A DNA stretch of 57,252 bases, counting the filler, from Sphacelaria rigidula (lineage: Eukaryota), in the NCBI GenBank assembly GCA_964200075.2. It is 6 parts of 6 records of this genome, joined end to end, with 100 filler letters (N's around TTAATTAATTAA, not from the genome) between each part and the next. Parts side by side here need not be neighbours in the genome. Positions count along the whole stretch, not along the records: positions 19,121 to 28,579 come from CAXNAA020008449.1; positions 28,680 to 38,137 come from CAXNAA020008450.1; positions 38,238 to 47,695 come from CAXNAA020008451.1; 3 more parts are not named here. One strand, written 5' to 3'. Of this stretch, positions 25,937 to 39,125 are shown in pieces. The translations under genes were made by a program, and so were the position numbers. The notes beneath the pieces were generated by a model, which worked only from the letters and a program-made list of their open reading frames with translations, was not told where the DNA came from and did not search any database. How positions within the stretch are numbered: the first letter of the stretch is position 1; each line of letters starts with the position of its first letter.

Positions 25937-26359
25937 TACACGGTGTTCCCTCCGGCAGCTCTCACAGCCTCGTTAGAAGCGCTCCCAAGAAGCGAAGGAG
26001 AAGGCCCCGCTAAGAATAGCGGCGGCGATGCGAGTGGCATGTCCCCTGCGGTCCTTGTGGTAGCCACTATCGCATCCGCAGGCTTAGCAGCCGCGGTCTT
26101 TTCCTTAATACGCCGCGCAGCGCAAGCGAGTGTTGGCGTTGGCGACATGACAATGACCGGCCGGGGTGGCGGTCGCGGTGCCGACGGAGACATGGAACCT
26201 GTATTTCAAGCTGGAGGAACGGGCGTCGAGCTTGCCAATTTGAGGCACGGACGTCCATCTTCAGAAGGCGATGATGGTGATGAGTTCGCCGGAAAGATGA
26301 GCAGGGTAGGAGGCAAAGGGGGTTATGCGAGCTTGCTTGCCGAGCACGACGAAAGTTGA
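25937..26359 (+). CDS. Terminal exon: stalk, transmembrane helix and cytoplasmic tail
   Basis: CAG acceptor in phase 0. Hydrophobic stretch AVLVVATIASAGLAAAVFSLI followed by RR (positive-inside), then a Gly/acidic tail ending GYASLLAEHDES*. Confidence 0.8.
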   Translation, partial: YTVFPPAALTASLEALPRSEGEGPAKNSGGDASGMSPAVLVVATIASAGLAAAVFSLIRRAAQASVGVGDMTMTGRGGGRGADGDMEPVFQAGGTGVELANLRHGRPSSEGDDGDEFAGKMSRVGGKGGYASLLAEHDES

Positions 26360-28579
26360 AGGCGGGTGGCAACAGCGTGGGGAGGGTGTTGGATCGAGGC
26401 GGTGATGATGGGACAAGGCATGGACGGGGTGGGAGGGGGGGTTAGGCCGTAGGACACGCGTGAATCTTTACCCCGCGTGACTGATGTTTTTTTCCCCTCG
26501 AGTTCTCGAGAATCGTGACCCGCCGCACCGTCCAGCTGGCGTCCATAGCGCGGAAGCTTGTGCCGTTGGAAACAGTTTTCATTAATTCTATTGTGAAAGT
26601 GTGTGATGAACCCCAACGTCTGGTTCCTCGAACTGGATTTTAGAGGTTACAACGTACCTTATCTGTCCACACCTTAAGCATGTCCGCAAATGGTAGGGAG
26701 TATCTAGTAGGACGTTTGATATATATATAAATACATATATAAATACTTATTTTTGGCGCCTGACCTGGTTTAACGCTGTTTTTTCTCAGGCTCAGTGCGA
26801 CTCTAAATACCGACACACCCACGTAAAATAGGGGATAGGGGGGTGAAGTAGAATGAAAAAATGCTGTTGAATGTAGCGACTTTTGTGTTCCTACCCTTGG
26901 AGTGGGTGGGTGGTCTTGCTTCTGTGCGCTTGGTAGAGGCTATCGGATACGGGTACACGTGATGATGGACTTGGGGAATGTGCTTTTTTGCAAGTGCCGA
27001 AATATGGCGAAGTACGCGTCGTCCCCTCACAAGCAGAATTCTGGGATGGGTCAGTGGCGATTTCAATCATGCCTTTCGACCATGGAGGAGATAAGAGGGA
27101 CGGAGTGGATTTATGATATTGTTCATCGAACAATGCGTCGCTTACTGTATCCGATATGTAAATCAACGAGAAGTAGTATCCAATCACGATTGTGAAAACT
27201 GGCGGAACTATTTGACCCCCGTGCGCTCGAATTTCTGAGGTTTCCATGTGGTATTTCCCGCATATAGTACTGAGTTTGATTAGTCCTTTGTGTCTTGCCT
27301 CGTGTGCGGTATGTTTGGTGTGTATCTGTCGTCGCCTTTCCAGCGTTGCCTGGGATATGTGAGTAATATACGGGTAGTGTTTCCAGCCGGGCAGTGCCTA
27401 TAGTTGTAGAAGTGTAGATCGATTACGTACATACTGCCTTCCTTTCTTGTTGCTTTCTAGACAGGGTGGTGCTTGTCCTTGACAGTAGCACTGATACTGT
27501 GCCCGAGTTATCCTCGCGTGCTGTTGGAGCGTGGGTTGCCGTAGGCCATCATCAAGCGCCGTACATATTTTGAAAAGTACCGTGTGTATGAGGTGGTGCG
27601 ATGCGGAGGCCGCAGACGCACATCCCGCGCAAACAGTTACTTCGTGGTTCGGCGTCTTTGCGACCCTTCCCGGGGCAAGCAGGATCAAAGCATTACGAAG
27701 GACGAATTCTGGAGAGGTGCGGGTATAGTACTTGTTTCCCGTACGAGCTGGGCCAGCCAAGGAACCCGCACTCAATCGGCACACGATATAGTGTTTCAGT
27801 TTCCCGAATTAACCCAATGTAAGTATATCGCTGTGGACTGCAGACCAACCTGTCGATCCACGCTCTACCGTTGAAAAAAGAAGAAAGTTTACGGCATAAT
27901 ACACGACAGGCCCCAGAGTCTGTTTTTCTTGTCTTTCATGGAATTATGGCATTTTGTTTGTTTTTCCAGAAAAATTTCAAATCGCTCTTCTCGTATAACT
28001 TTATTTTTTTTGCGCGTGGGGGGGGGGGGAGGACTTCCGCTCCTTCGGCGTGTTGATGGAAAATCCCGTGTCCGAACTTCAGTTCCCAACCCCACAAAAT
28101 AAGCAAGACAAAATGGTTCAAACCCCAATGGGGACTGTTGGCTGACCCAGCTCGTTGCTTGGTTCGCTTTTTTTCGACGTCGCTGTGCCTTGTAGCATCG
28201 AAATATTTGTCCTAAACACGCTCATACACATGCATGCGGCCAGACATTCTGCCCCTTACAATGTCACGAGGGATGTTCTTGGAACAGATGTTCCCTCCCC
28301 TGGGTCATCGCCCATTTATTTCCGTCACCGGGGTATCGTCATACTCTGTGGGTGGCGTATTGGCCACCAGCCTGCTCCGCCTCCTCATTTCACACGGTCA
28401 CCCGAGTCCCTCTTCTTATTGGGCTAGGGTTGGGTACGATTGTCATGAAAAGTGTGAAAAGAAGCACAGTTCAGATCAGTCTCGTGGAGGACGGCGTAGA
28501 ACAACGTTTTCGTGAGATTGAGAGTAGATCTTCGGTTGAGAGTGGCTTTGATCATTCGCTTTAAGTGAGTCATTTTTTT

Positions 28580-28679
28580 NNNNNNNNNNNNNNNNNNNNN
28601 NNNNNNNNNNNNNNNNNNNNNNNTTAATTAATTAANNNNNNNNNNNNNNNNNNNNNNNNNNNNNNNNNNNNNNNNNNNN
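28580..28679. other. Artificial assembly spacer
   Basis: 44 N + TTAATTAATTAA + 44 N. Confidence 0.97.
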
Positions 28680-29347
28680 CGACTCATCATACTAAAACCA
28701 AGTAATTTTCAGACGAATCATTATTTGTCCGACCCTTGAACCTTTTGATGTACTCGTCACACCGCAACTGAGGGAGGTTTGTTGGTAGTTTATCCACCGC
28801 AGACAAGAAAATAAGTCGCGATGCAGGCCAACTGTATCAATACTTCGAAACACGCAACAATATGCCAGCTTCACAGACACTATTCTTCAACTTTTTCTGT
28901 GTCACAGTCGTTAGACCCTTGTTTGCACGATAGTATTATGAACTATGCATGCATATATGTATCAAGGATCACTGGACCTCTTGGGTTCTGAACCCAGTTT
29001 ATTTTCGTAATGCCCGTGATGTTGAGGCACGAGCTCAAAGTTACACTGTTGTAAGATTCGAGTTCCCATTCACAGAGCTAAGGAGCGCGTTGAGAACACG
29101 CGGGGGGGAGAAATGACGACAGTGACCGAGGTTTCCTCGAGAATATAATCATTTTTTGTCTCGCGAAACGTTTTGCAGACGTGTCTATTCTAAGGAGAAA
29201 TTTGGCAGACGTTTGAGAAGGCACGCCGTCAATAGACCTGTACCTGCGATGAAACATGCCTCGTTCGGCTTAATCCTACCCGGTCGATCACCCTCGTCAC
29301 GTGTATCACTGAAGATATGGGGTGAAACAGGCCGCCGCTGGGAGACA

Positions 29348-29428
29348 ATGCCCGCGGAAGAACCGGAGCGGACGAAGGAAGAGCTGATAGCGGGGTTGCA
29401 GTTGGAATACGAGCGAGCGCTCAAGCAG
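29348..29428 (+). CDS. Probable first coding exon of an unidentified gene (MPAEEPERTKEELIAGLQLEYERALKQ)
   Basis: ATG, helical-looking peptide and CAG|GTGCGG donor in phase 0, compatible with the exon at 30322. Confidence 0.45.
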
Positions 29429-30321
29429 GTGCGGCGGCCGCAGTTCGTTCCTGGTTTGACACACGGGTTTCATCTCCCGTCATGACGCCGACACCTTCCA
29501 TCCCAAATGAAGTGAAACGCGAAATGAGCACCCGTTGAGATAGCAAGAGTTGGCGCAGTTGACACGACTCGCAAACGCTCGCCGAGTCAATGGTGCTGGG
29601 GAGGCCATCCTCATGCAGTGCCGTCAGGCGAACGTTGCATAAACGCATGGTGTAATACGAGGGGCGTCGATTTGTAGTATGTGCGGTCCAATGATAATCT
29701 GGGAGACACAAAAAAAAAAGTGTGAGCTCGATGATCCAAGGCTCGGTTTCGGTATCCACAACACAAGTTGGTAGAAGATGGAAAATCAATGTCTCTGTCT
29801 GTCCTGAAGGTAGAAAGGTTGTGGCAAAACTGGCGACCGGCCACATACCCTCTGTGTTCGATGTTCGGCGCTACGCCTGCTGCCCTGAGGCACGGCACAG
29901 AAACTCAGCCTCACCTACAGTACTCGGAATGCAGCAAACCTTACGGTAGAGATTGTCAAGGGAAAACAGTGTCCCGGTCGCTCCCCACTGATGTCTTGTG
30001 CGCCTCGTATCTGGAGTTTCGACCGCCCTGAGCCGGGATCACGAACAAAAGAAATCTGTGTTAGCGCGGTAACAGTCGACATGCGCATGCACCATAGCTG
30101 AACATTCCGCGATTGAGAGCCGCACCATGTCTACTCCCCCCCCCGCCCCTCAATGGTCACACGACAAAGGCAAGCAACTAATGAGTACGCCCCCCCCGCT
30201 CCGTCTCAAAAGGGATGTGTGGTCAATGGTCGAACGACTAAGGCAAGCAACAAATGAGTACCCCCCCCGTCCCTCCCCCTCCCCGTCCCTTCCCCCGTCC
30301 GCCACGGTGCTTGAAAAACAG

Positions 30322-30468
30322 GTTTTTGCGCCTGAAAGGAGGGACGTGCTATCCCTGGGCATGGCGAAAATGGAGGCCGATCGCGTGGGGACACTACGTA
30401 GGGATTCTCAAAGCCTTACGGAGCGGTCTGAGGAAGCTGACGAGACCCAAGAACAAGAAGAGACACAG
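30322..30468 (+). CDS. Probable exon, acidic low-complexity protein
   Basis: CAG acceptor, open 49 codons (VFAPERRDVLSLGMAKMEADR...EQEETQ), weak GTGTTC donor. Confidence 0.4.
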
Positions 30469-33400
30469 GTGTTCCATCACTTACGAACTCAATTTTCGTC
30501 ATTTGGGTGTGATGTTGCTCAAGCGTATCGCGCACGTCAACACTTTAGTACGCGCACACTATAAAGTAGGCTCAGGAGGTTCGGAGTACGTAGCCGGCAA
30601 GGAGGTGGTTGCCTCAAACTGGCACAAGAGCAACTACCCGTGTCCAGCGTGCAATGAAGTATCTCGATACTCCTGGTGCGTGAGAGAGGGTCACCGATAC
30701 TCTTCGGCCACCTGTCATCGGGGGCTGCTGTAGCAGTTAGTTGGGTACCTTCCTTCAATTTTGTTTTTTAATTTTCGACTGCGGAGGTATCGTACTCGGT
30801 CGTTCCGAATCCGTGTCTAATTGCCCATCTAATTCCTTCGGAGGTGAACTTGATACACTATAGTAGTGCCCCTGCAGTAAGTATCCCGTGAACACTTCGT
30901 AGACAGAGGTTTTTATACCCCCCATGGTGTGTTGTATTCACCGCGTACGCAAGCATTTGTGCTGTATCACCGGATCAAATAGGCACGTTCACCCGTGTAT
31001 ACTGTATACATCGGGCACGAAGTGAATCAAATAGACGTTAGCAATCCTTAAAACGCGAAACGAGCGATACTTCATGTTTTGAATCGCATAGGAAGCTATT
31101 TCGGCTGAAACGTCCCCCCCTCCGTCCCCTCCCCGCGGACACATTTGTGATCCTAAAGTTACGATCAGATAAGACATGACCCCAGCGAAAGACCAAGAAG
31201 TGTTGCGGAGACCTTTTCCTTGACGTACGGGCCGGAAATTCTGAGGAAATTGGCGAATCGACCATGTGAAGGCAGATACCACGAAAGGGTATCTTCCGTT
31301 TTTTTCGACGGGGGGAGCAAGACCCATTTGACTGAAACTCAGGAAGACAGGTCGACTTCTATCCCCGCTGAACAAGAGCAAAAAACGAAAGTACGGTATC
31401 GAAGGCCTTTGGGTCATCGATTCGCTCCTCTCCTAACAATCTCAGGTCCTCAACTCTTACGAATGTGGCGAATATTTCAAGATATGCGCATTCCCCAATG
31501 CGTGGAAATCTCATGCATCATTGCAGATTGTTCCCCCTTCCACGGGTTGGAAATTTCATGCATTGCTGTACATATTTCCTTCAACATTTGATTCAAGCAT
31601 AATCTTGCAGAAGCAATGAGCTGGGTATCGGAAGAGGCATCGCTCATTTGACCTTGGTACCAGCAACGAGCTCACTCATTTCCACGAGACTCGGACAAAA
31701 ACTTGAGTGTTTTCTATGCTTGTGCCAATCCTCTACTTCTAGCTGAGGCCACCAAGCTGTGTTAATTGTGCTGGTAGAACGTGAAATGACGAACTTGCCT
31801 GAATGGTCGAGTAGAATTCGGGTTGCACTCCGCGGCTGCACGGTTTCAGAGGAGGTACTCTCAGCTAAATGTATCGCTGCTGTTCGTGCTGTTCGCTACG
31901 GAGAGGTCTCTTCCGCTGAGACCAGCTTGTAAGGCTTGCGGTCAAAATGCTCGCCTTCCGGCGCCTCGCCCCCACTGTAAAAATTCGCTAGGTCCCCGTC
32001 CAGCCGGAGGCAGCAGAAACATCAGCTGAGGAGGTTCAAAGCGATGGCGATGCCATCAGCCATCTCCTGGCAACTCAGGGCTTAGAGATATCTCGTCACG
32101 AGTTAGAGTCCATGTTCGACATTATCGAGGACGACCACCTTAACGACCGACAACGTCACTCACCGCGTCATGCTGGTACCACCGGAAAGCGCCGCGGCCG
32201 ACATCGTAACAGGCGTGCGGTTTCGGGAACCAAGGCACGAGATCCTGGTAGTAGACTACTCTTGTTCTTACGGAGATGTGGCCTGCGCAGAAGTGAGTTC
32301 ATCATGCCGAGCACCATGTATAGAAAACGTCATAGTGATATCCTGTGTTTTGACGGCGGAAGTTCAGTATAGGTCCGCCTGACCAACCACCGCCTGCACT
32401 ATTGCAAATGTTATCAACCACTGTCCGCACTTCTGCAGATAGTTCGTCTGTGGGCTTGGGCGGGGGGGATGCACTCATGATCGTGCATGCCATAGTCATA
32501 ATACCATTGACGTCGCAACCTGCAGGCTTGGGCGCGCGCGGGAGGGGGGGATGTACTCATGATCATGCATGCCATAGTCATAGGACCATTGACCCGAGCG
32601 CGCGCGGGGGGGGGGGCGGGGGGCGGGGGGCGGGGGCGTACTCATTTTTTGCTTGCCTTAGTCGTTCGACCATTGGCCACGCAGCCCTTCCGAGACAGAG
32701 CATGGCGAGGGCGGGGTTTTGCTTGTGTTGCCGGACAAGATGTGCCCGGTTCTCCGCGCGCATCACCGTGTTTTCTTCACATAGCGATACCCTTCAAAGT
32801 CGGGCGTCGGTGGAATACGTCAGTATGTGATGGTCGCTTTCAATATTCCGACAGAACAAGCAGAGCTTGGAAGAGTTGCCACAGTCACACCATGGCCCTC
32901 AGATAATTCCAACAACGTCTCAACCCGGGCCCTCCGAGCCTGGAGCTTTCCCAACGAAATTAAGCCTATTTGGAGCGTGGCTGGCAGTGCTTCTATAGAC
33001 ACCGAAAAAGATGCGCATATCGCATCAAGGGTAGGGTTCGGAGTACTGCATCCATTCATGTCCGAGAAACTTCGTTTCTTTAAGGGTACGCGTACGAGAC
33101 CGTCAAATATCCTGATGTTAAGCCCGGCTCGGGAAAATAGCTCCTTCAGCGTGCTGATGGCGCTCGTTGACCCGTCCAGAAACATGTTTTATCAAGGCAT
33201 CGGTCCCCACAGGCTTAACGACACCCTTTACGCCAACCGTATTCACGTATTTTCGAGACTCTTCTTGTCGCGCTCGGTCTCTTGTGTTGTTTGGGGTGCT
33301 TGTACGACACTTACGAACGCTACGCTCCCCAAAATAAGAAAAACAATAACGCGCTAAAACGATTGAGTTCGCGCTTGGGAAAGCAAAACAAGTAGTTGTA

Positions 33401-33518
33401 GTTTAGCCGCGAGTATGGCTTGATGCCGAGAGAGCGGCCCCCACCAGCTACTGGTGACTACCTGCACCCAAGCATCCAAGTATATGTTTTTGTTGGTTTG
33501 TGCAAATTTGTCGCGCAG

Positions 33519-34223
33519 CATCTACTGAACCTCCCGAGGAACCGAGTTCTCCTCGCCTACCGACCGAGCTCTTGGACAGATACCGCAAGCCCGATGTCAA
33601 GCCTGAACTGGACGACTACATATGTCTAAACTTTGTCAGTAAAGAGGGCACTGCCCCTGAAACTTCTCGTGCGATCGAACAACGCCCCAGTAGTAGAGGA
33701 TTAGATGATTCTCGGGCACTAAACGACGAACATGACGAGATCGGCGGTCACGGTGGCGGAGCCGGTGAAGCAAATTACGCCGAGCGTGATGACCGAATAT
33801 GGCGAAGTAGTGCCATTCGGAGCAGGGATGATCAGACCGAAAATTCACGACATGACAACCGTCAAGACACGCTGTCTGAAAATGCACGCTATAGGGGAGC
33901 CGGTGGCTCCACAGAATCGGACACCGGCAGTGACGAACGGAACAACAATGAGGCCCGGCTGTATCCACGTACCCTCGGGTCATCCGTCAGCGTATTAGAT
34001 GAAAAGGACGCCGTTGCTCGAGCAACCGGGGCGAGGTTTGCTGGCGAGGATCCCGTGAGAGGACGCCTGCGAGTAAGCGATCCGTTCCAGTGGATTGGTC
34101 GTCTGCACGCTGGTGCCGCGGGTATCGATGATCTTCTTGGTCAAGCGGACTCCTCACTTCAAGGACTTTTCGGGAGTACCAGTAGCAATACTATTGGCTG
34201 TGGGAGCGTGAGCGGCAGTTCAG
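33519..34223 (+). CDS. Probable large exon, disordered D/E/R/S/G-rich protein (3' end uncertain)
   Basis: T-rich tract and CAG at 33516-33518 within the 281-aa ORF 33500-34345, with coding-like composition. The donor CAG|GTGATG is tentative. Confidence 0.5.
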
Positions 34224-34490
34224 GTGATGTTCGATTGACCGCGTTAGGATACCAAAAGCACCAAATGTGGACATTGCTGTGTAGAGATTTCGTGCGGGGT
34301 CGTGTTGCCGAAGCGGTGGCCGCACTCATATCTCTAGCAATATAGTCTCCACTATATAACCGCTAGTACACTATGTTTCTGACTTCCCTCTCCTTCAAGT
34401 GTCCCGCGGCATCGGCATACTCTGCGACATTTGCAGTGTACTCCTGGTCCTCCGGCCGATAGTACACTGCTACAGCAATGACAGCTGCAG

Positions 34491-34798
34491 TAGGACAGTT
34501 TCTGAATTGTAAACAACGCTTCATTCGGCCCAAAACCGGTCTAGGCGGGGGTGACTCTCCGGTGGGGAGTAGATTGCTGTCTAACCACGAAGAAGGCGAG
34601 ATGAAGAGCGTGGAGTGGTCACGGTCCGAGCTTCCGCGCGACGTCGACGTGGCTGGACCGGCGAGCGCTACCGTCCAGAGCGTGGCAAACACGATGGATG
34701 AGTACTCGCAGAGGGTAAGTTTGGACGGAGGCATTTTCGAGAAGGGCGAGAAAGAGGATAACGAGGACGATGATGGAGGCGACTTTGACGACAGAAAG
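34491..34798 (+). CDS. Possible exon, acidic (EKEDNEDDDGGDFDDRK)
   Basis: Open frame with AAG|GTTCGT donor; the acceptor is weak. Confidence 0.35.
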
Positions 34799-35882
34799 GT
34801 TCGTGAATAACGGGACAGTCTTAGTTCCCATGGGGTACATGGCGATATCGCGAGCATCCGCTGCTATATGGTAGTGTTTGCCATAATGTAGGTTGCACTT
34901 TTATGGGTAACGAGCGGTGGGAAGACAGCGTAAACGACGGTGGAGATGACTTCGACAGGGAAACGGCGAGGGGGCGACCGTACTGTGCATTGAGCACAAG
35001 GGTATGGGAGGAGAATACGGATGCGTTCGTACGCCAGAGATTCTTGTGTAATGCTGCGCAGTATGCAATCTTCATGCAGCGTCGCCTGTACTGCTCTGCG
35101 GGACGACCACGCATGAATGAAATGTTCTGCCGAGCTATCCTGCTGCGATGAGATACAAGTAAAGTATAGACGTCCAGCTGACCACCTAGGACTTGCGCGT
35201 TTATCGTTCGATCCTGTTTTTCATCGCTGCATCAACGGCATTCGGTCTGTCGGTGCGTAGTTCTATGTTCGGAGTCCATCGCTAGTCTAATGGTACAGTT
35301 GAAACTCTATGGATCGATTCCCGGCAGGTGCATTTCGTTTTTGTTCCCGAACTGCATCTGATTTGTTTCGCCGTTGAAAACGTGAGAATGTCGAAACGTG
35401 AGTAGCAAAAAGATTGAATTAACTTGAGAACAGTCGCCGCAGTGCCGGCATATTGATCCAATCCGCGATGCCTAACTGCAAGACGTGTACCGGAGGAGAA
35501 GTGGGCTGGTTCTTTGACACACCAAAACCGTCCAAGAGGAAGGGGAAATGATGAAAGAGTGTGGGAAAAACGAATAGGGTAAGCACTCTTCTGCAAAACA
35601 CTGCACGCTCGGGTAGCTCCCAGTTGGATCATGTGTTGGAATCAGGCGCAGAGTGATATTTTCTCACGCCGAGCATTTCGCGGCTATTGACGTAGAGTAC
35701 ACATTCGAACCCCGTACGCTTGAAATGCGATGAGGAAATACACCCGTGTTCCTTCGTATCAAAATAGCCTCCGGTATACCTGTTTCTCAAGGTCTCAATG
35801 ACCCACGATTCACCAGAAATGACAATAAGTATGTGAAAGACTCTTTATCGAACGTGGTTTTGTCCGACTTATTCGTGCGCAA

Positions 35883-35923
<41 letters not shown>
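35883..35923. repeat. (AAC)n microsatellite
   Basis: Directly visible. Confidence 0.95.
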
Positions 35924-35924
<1 letters not shown>

Positions 35925-36059
35925 AGGCGGAGACAAATCCTTCGTCATCGCCTACCGAGCGCATGTCGCAGGCCGCCAGAACCGCTTGTGTCGGTCCAGG
36001 GATCGGACCCTGTCCAATGCGCGGCACGCGGACACCACCAGCCAAGCGAAGGAGTGTAG

Positions 36060-36169
36060 GTAATATCGGCACGGCACCAGCTGTCGGCGCAGCATCACCC
36101 GCAGAGCGGGTTTCACAGGCAAACTTAGCAGAAGTGCCCACCCTCGAGCGCCAACCACTCTATGCTCAG
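36060..36169 (+). CDS. Probable exon (5' end uncertain)
   Basis: Consensus CAG|GTAAGT donor in phase 0, compatible with the exon at 36690. Confidence 0.45.
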
Positions 36170-36689
36170 GTAAGTGCTGTAAAAAAGATCCCGCCCCGTC
36201 ACGTGTCCTCTCTGTTGCCAGAGTTTTCTCTCAAATGTCTGGACGTGTCCGGTCCCGCCTAGGGAGATATCGAGCGGAGGAAGTCAGATGGTATAGACAA
36301 ACGCGGCAGATGTCAAGGTTCGGGACCGATAGATATTCTCCGCCGAGACCCTTTGTTTCTTGTCGACGCTTTTGGAGCACCTTGGATTGCCCTTTTGTTG
36401 CAGAAGTGCTGTTTCCGACCAGGGAGCAGAAGGAAGTATTCGTAGTCTACTGCACTACTCCAGTAGAACAAATACTTGAGCTTAGTTGCCTCGAAATACG
36501 AACACAGCCCCCTGACGAAGGTCGCACATGCTTTAAATCGTGGACAGAATCATCAGTGGAATTACCTTGACATTGATATCAGTGATGCTGCGTGCCTCCC
36601 TGATACAGACTGCAAGAGTACACAATACGCGAAAATTACTCTTCTTGGCTATCTCGACAGCTAGAGTATTGCTTGCCTGTCTGACGAAG

Positions 36690-36824
36690 GTTGAAGGGGG
36701 CGAAGACGAAGATGACGTCGGGGATAGCAACGCTGAGGTCGGCTCACAGGACATGCACGTAGATGACATACTGTCCGGAATCGCGATGAACGTGGCTTCA
36801 CGCAGTCCTCCGACTCCAAGGAAG
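36690..36824 (+). CDS. Probable exon (VEGGEDEDDVGDS...RSPPTPRK)
   Basis: CTGAC immediately before an AAG acceptor, AAG|GTGACC donor, open frame. Confidence 0.45.
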
Positions 36825-38137
36825 GTGACCAACACAACTCTGCCATTTCATACATGGTATCATCTCTAGCATAGTCCAGACACCGCGAGTTCGCTCAAGT
36901 ATTCCTGTCAAAACCGCACCCTTGTCCACGATCACTAAGAGCACACAGCGGGCAACCCTGTCAAACGGTGGTGCCAGAAAATCCTGTACGAGGGTACCCC
37001 TGATGAGCGTATCCTCCACACGTAGAGTAGATCCTGGTACTGTACAACAGAACGACAGCGTGTACACGTTGTCTGGCTAATTCGCACCGACGGGAGAGCT
37101 GCAGCTTACACTGCCGCGCCTTGGTGACGCTTGTGTTTCGCCAGGAGTCTAAAGCAATCGAAGTAGATTCACTTCAGCCGCCCCGGTCAGCGGAGGAGCG
37201 CGTGTCGCCAACACGGCGTCGAATGTGAGGTCCAACGGTGCAATCGCGTCCGTATGTTGACGTTGTGGGTAGACCAGACTTGCCGGTTGGTTTCCGTGGC
37301 GGACCAAATCGTACTCTTGATGAGACTTTTTGTTGCAGATGATCAGGAAAACTGACTGTACAGCTTGGGATTATGAATGTTCCATTTATTTTATGCACGG
37401 CGGTTTGTCGCGGGCTTCATGGCTTCGAAAAATACCCTGTCCATTTCTCAACCTACGTGATGTATCGTCGATTCAAGTTTTGGCCCGCCTTGGGTGACTT
37501 TCCCCCCACTTTTTGCAATACCACGGCGAATTCGTACGCCAAAAAATTGCTTAGTTGTACCCTTTGGGTCTTGGAGGCAGTAGATGGCACATCGTGCTAA
37601 GAGGGTCGTCGACAGAGAAACAGCGGGTACCGCTGATAATTTGCGTATTCGACAACTCCTCCGAGCTTCCATACCTCAACACGCCGAGCACGTTGAACAA
37701 GCGGGCTCGTCGTAATTCGCGAATGCCGTCAGTCATTACTCTTCTCACGCTCTTATTGGTTTGGCCATTCCCGAATATTGTTTCCTACGGCTGCTAATGT
37801 ACAGTGGGCAACCAACCCTCCCTCGCGTGAAAGGTTAGACAACACAATTAATGTTTCCACACAATGGTCGGTGCCTCATCCGCTTCGACAGGTGGGACTC
37901 GACAGCTGGTGCTGCTCGCAGAAAACGTCCCCGGTCGACGCCCGCACGGCTTCGTCGACATACCGCAGAGACGAGTGCTGTGTTGGATCCACGGCCACCC
38001 TGGTCGCGTCCACTGGATAGCGTTTTCGCACCTCAGGTCGCAGATTCGGGACAGGTGATTAACCACAAGTTTCGAGTCATCCTACGATAGGGGGGGGGGG
38101 TATTTTGGGCCATTTGTTGCTCGAAATGTTGAGTCAG

Positions 38138-38237
38138 NNNNNNNNNNNNNNNNNNNNNNNNNNNNNNNNNNNNNNNNNNNNTTAATTAATTAANNNNNNN
38201 NNNNNNNNNNNNNNNNNNNNNNNNNNNNNNNNNNNNN
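38138..38237. other. Artificial assembly spacer
   Basis: 44 N + TTAATTAATTAA + 44 N. Confidence 0.97.
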
Positions 38238-38289
38238 GTTTTGGGCTTGAGCCTCATCTCGAAGTTAAACCTCAATTCTCACAATTTGT

Positions 38290-38502
38290 TGTTATTTTCC
38301 CTGTTTTTTCAGGGGGAGGTGGTATCAGAGGAAATGACGGTTTCAGTCAGCGGTGTAAGCCCACAGAGTCGGTAAAATGCGCTGAAGAAGTATCTACGCG
38401 ATCGAGGGGCATTAGGTCGACAAATACGTCATTGGGCACATCGCGGAAAGTGTAGGGAAAACATGGTTCGGGCTTGAACCTCATTTCATCGTACAACGTC
38501 AT
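38290..38502. repeat. Interspersed repeat (family also at about 56967-57180 same strand and about 56000-56133 inverted)
   Basis: Shared GGTTTCAGTCAGCG...ACAGAGTCGGTAAAATGCGCT...CATTGGGCAC...TTGAACCTCATTTCATCGTACAA. Confidence 0.75.
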
Positions 38503-38974
38503 TACATAAAATTGTCTGTGAATTCGCCGATACGGTTCTGAAATCCTTAGAGATCGGAAATGGTACCAGTTGTGTCTGACCAATTTCATTATAATAGTGA
38601 TGATGGTCATGGTTACATGAAACATTTGGATGATGGTTCTGAACCATTTTTTACCGTTACCGGCTTTTGCCCTTGAAGATTTTTCTAGCTCTAGTGAAGC
38701 TAAATCGCGTGAAAACGTCCCTCCGGCACGGCGCAGCCTCGAGCCGCTCGATGGCCAAGTCATTATGCACCATCTTACTGGTTCATGGTTAGACACATAA
38801 TTCCCGAGATACAGATATCCTGCTGTGAATCATGCAAAACGTGAAGAAAATAGTGATCGAGCTCGCTGACTCACGACCGCGAAGAGGATTGTGGGTTGTG
38901 GGCGACCCGGCGTAACGCCGTCAGTTTTCAGGTTCCAAAGTGTGAGAAAGAAAAAAAATCCCACCCTTCATGTG

Positions 38975-39125
38975 AATCGCCGAACACTCCACGGTGCTCC
39001 GCGGTTGGTGATTGATTGCGAGCCTGGTCTGGCGAAAACCCAGCGTGCTCCGTCCCGGCTTTGTAGGGATCCGAGGTCAATGGTCCTGTGACTATGGCAT
39101 GCAAGATTATCATGAGTACACACCA
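38975..39125. repeat. Short interspersed repeat ending next to poly-C (copies at about 41860-42026 and 44745-44905, partial inverted at 32549-32597)
   Basis: Shared GGTGATTGAT.GCGAGCCTGGTC...GTGCTCCGTCCCGGCTTTGTAGGGAT...GTCAATGG...GGCATGCAAGAT...ATGAGTA. Confidence 0.7.
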
